Source of the DNA: an uncultured Anaerolineaceae bacterium
GTDB taxonomy: Bacteria > Chloroflexota > Limnocylindria > Limnocylindrales > CSP1-4
Length of the DNA stretch: 64,000 nucleotides
Reading direction: 5' to 3'
Assembly: GCA_964626755.1 (NCBI GenBank)
Contig: CAZVGO010000028.1
Location: 28,702 to 92,701 of the forward strand
Positions 63,942-64,000 of this stretch are shown here, piece after piece. The notes under the pieces were generated by a model, which did not search any database, had not been told where the DNA came from, and saw only the letters and a program-made list of their open reading frames with translations. How positions within the stretch are numbered: the first letter of the stretch is position 1; the number at the start of each line of letters is the position of its first letter. The translations under genes were made by a program, and so were the position numbers.

Positions 63942-64000
63942 GGCGCGAAGTCCGATAGGAGGGCGGCCAGCGCCTCGGGCTCGTTGACTGGCTGGCGGCA
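63938..64000 (-). CDS. C-terminal end of a gene entering from outside the window (possibly alpha/beta hydrolase)
   Basis: ...CRQPVNEPEALAALLSDFAP*. The TGA overlaps the GNAT GTG start. Confidence 0.4.
   Translation of the reverse strand, partial: CRQPVNEPEALAALLSDFAP

Noticed and set aside
63978-64000. GTTGACTGGC resembling a fifth family-1 element
   Set aside because: It lacks the AGWCA half and the tail, and lies within an apparent coding sequence.

Overview
A 64-kb, very GC-rich (roughly 70%, by eye) bacterial chromosomal window that is mostly housekeeping. Its gene set would fit a monoderm lineage such as Chloroflexota, but that is only an inference. Left to right it holds a partial GGDEF gene, tRNA-Ser(TGA) with a duplicated 3' end, serS, class I lysS, greA, argR, uppP, hppA, an Ig/beta-propeller protein, lepB, an orphan NuoN-like module, ndk, an M16 peptidase, an NCS2 permease, coaX-coaBC-panB-panC, a DRTGG protein, a Glu/Leu/Phe/Val dehydrogenase, degV, an MFS, ggt, azlCD, ridA and an M20 peptidase. 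Next comes a cyanophycin locus (cphB, cphA, a ureohydrolase and a CphA paralog lacking the ATP-grasp domain), a fluoride riboswitch-antiporter, GT87, two MFS paralogs, lhr-nei, VanW, an XRE-HTH/nuclease-fold gene, an AcuC-GNAT fusion, tatA, mug, NUDIX-MBL, an S8 protease and a GNAT. The strongest unexplained signal is a dispersed family of four 159-161 bp intergenic elements. Each carries three copies of a 15-bp palindrome, NTGWCT-N3-AGWCAN, at conserved spacings that fall near whole helical turns, while the sequence between sites is unrelated. One copy supplies the ATG of the XRE-HTH/PD-(D/E)xK-like gene. A second repeat family with similar geometry, two apparent CTG starts, many apparently leaderless genes and several small genes missed by the ORF track are also reported. 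All assignments come from motif recognition by eye; no searches were run.
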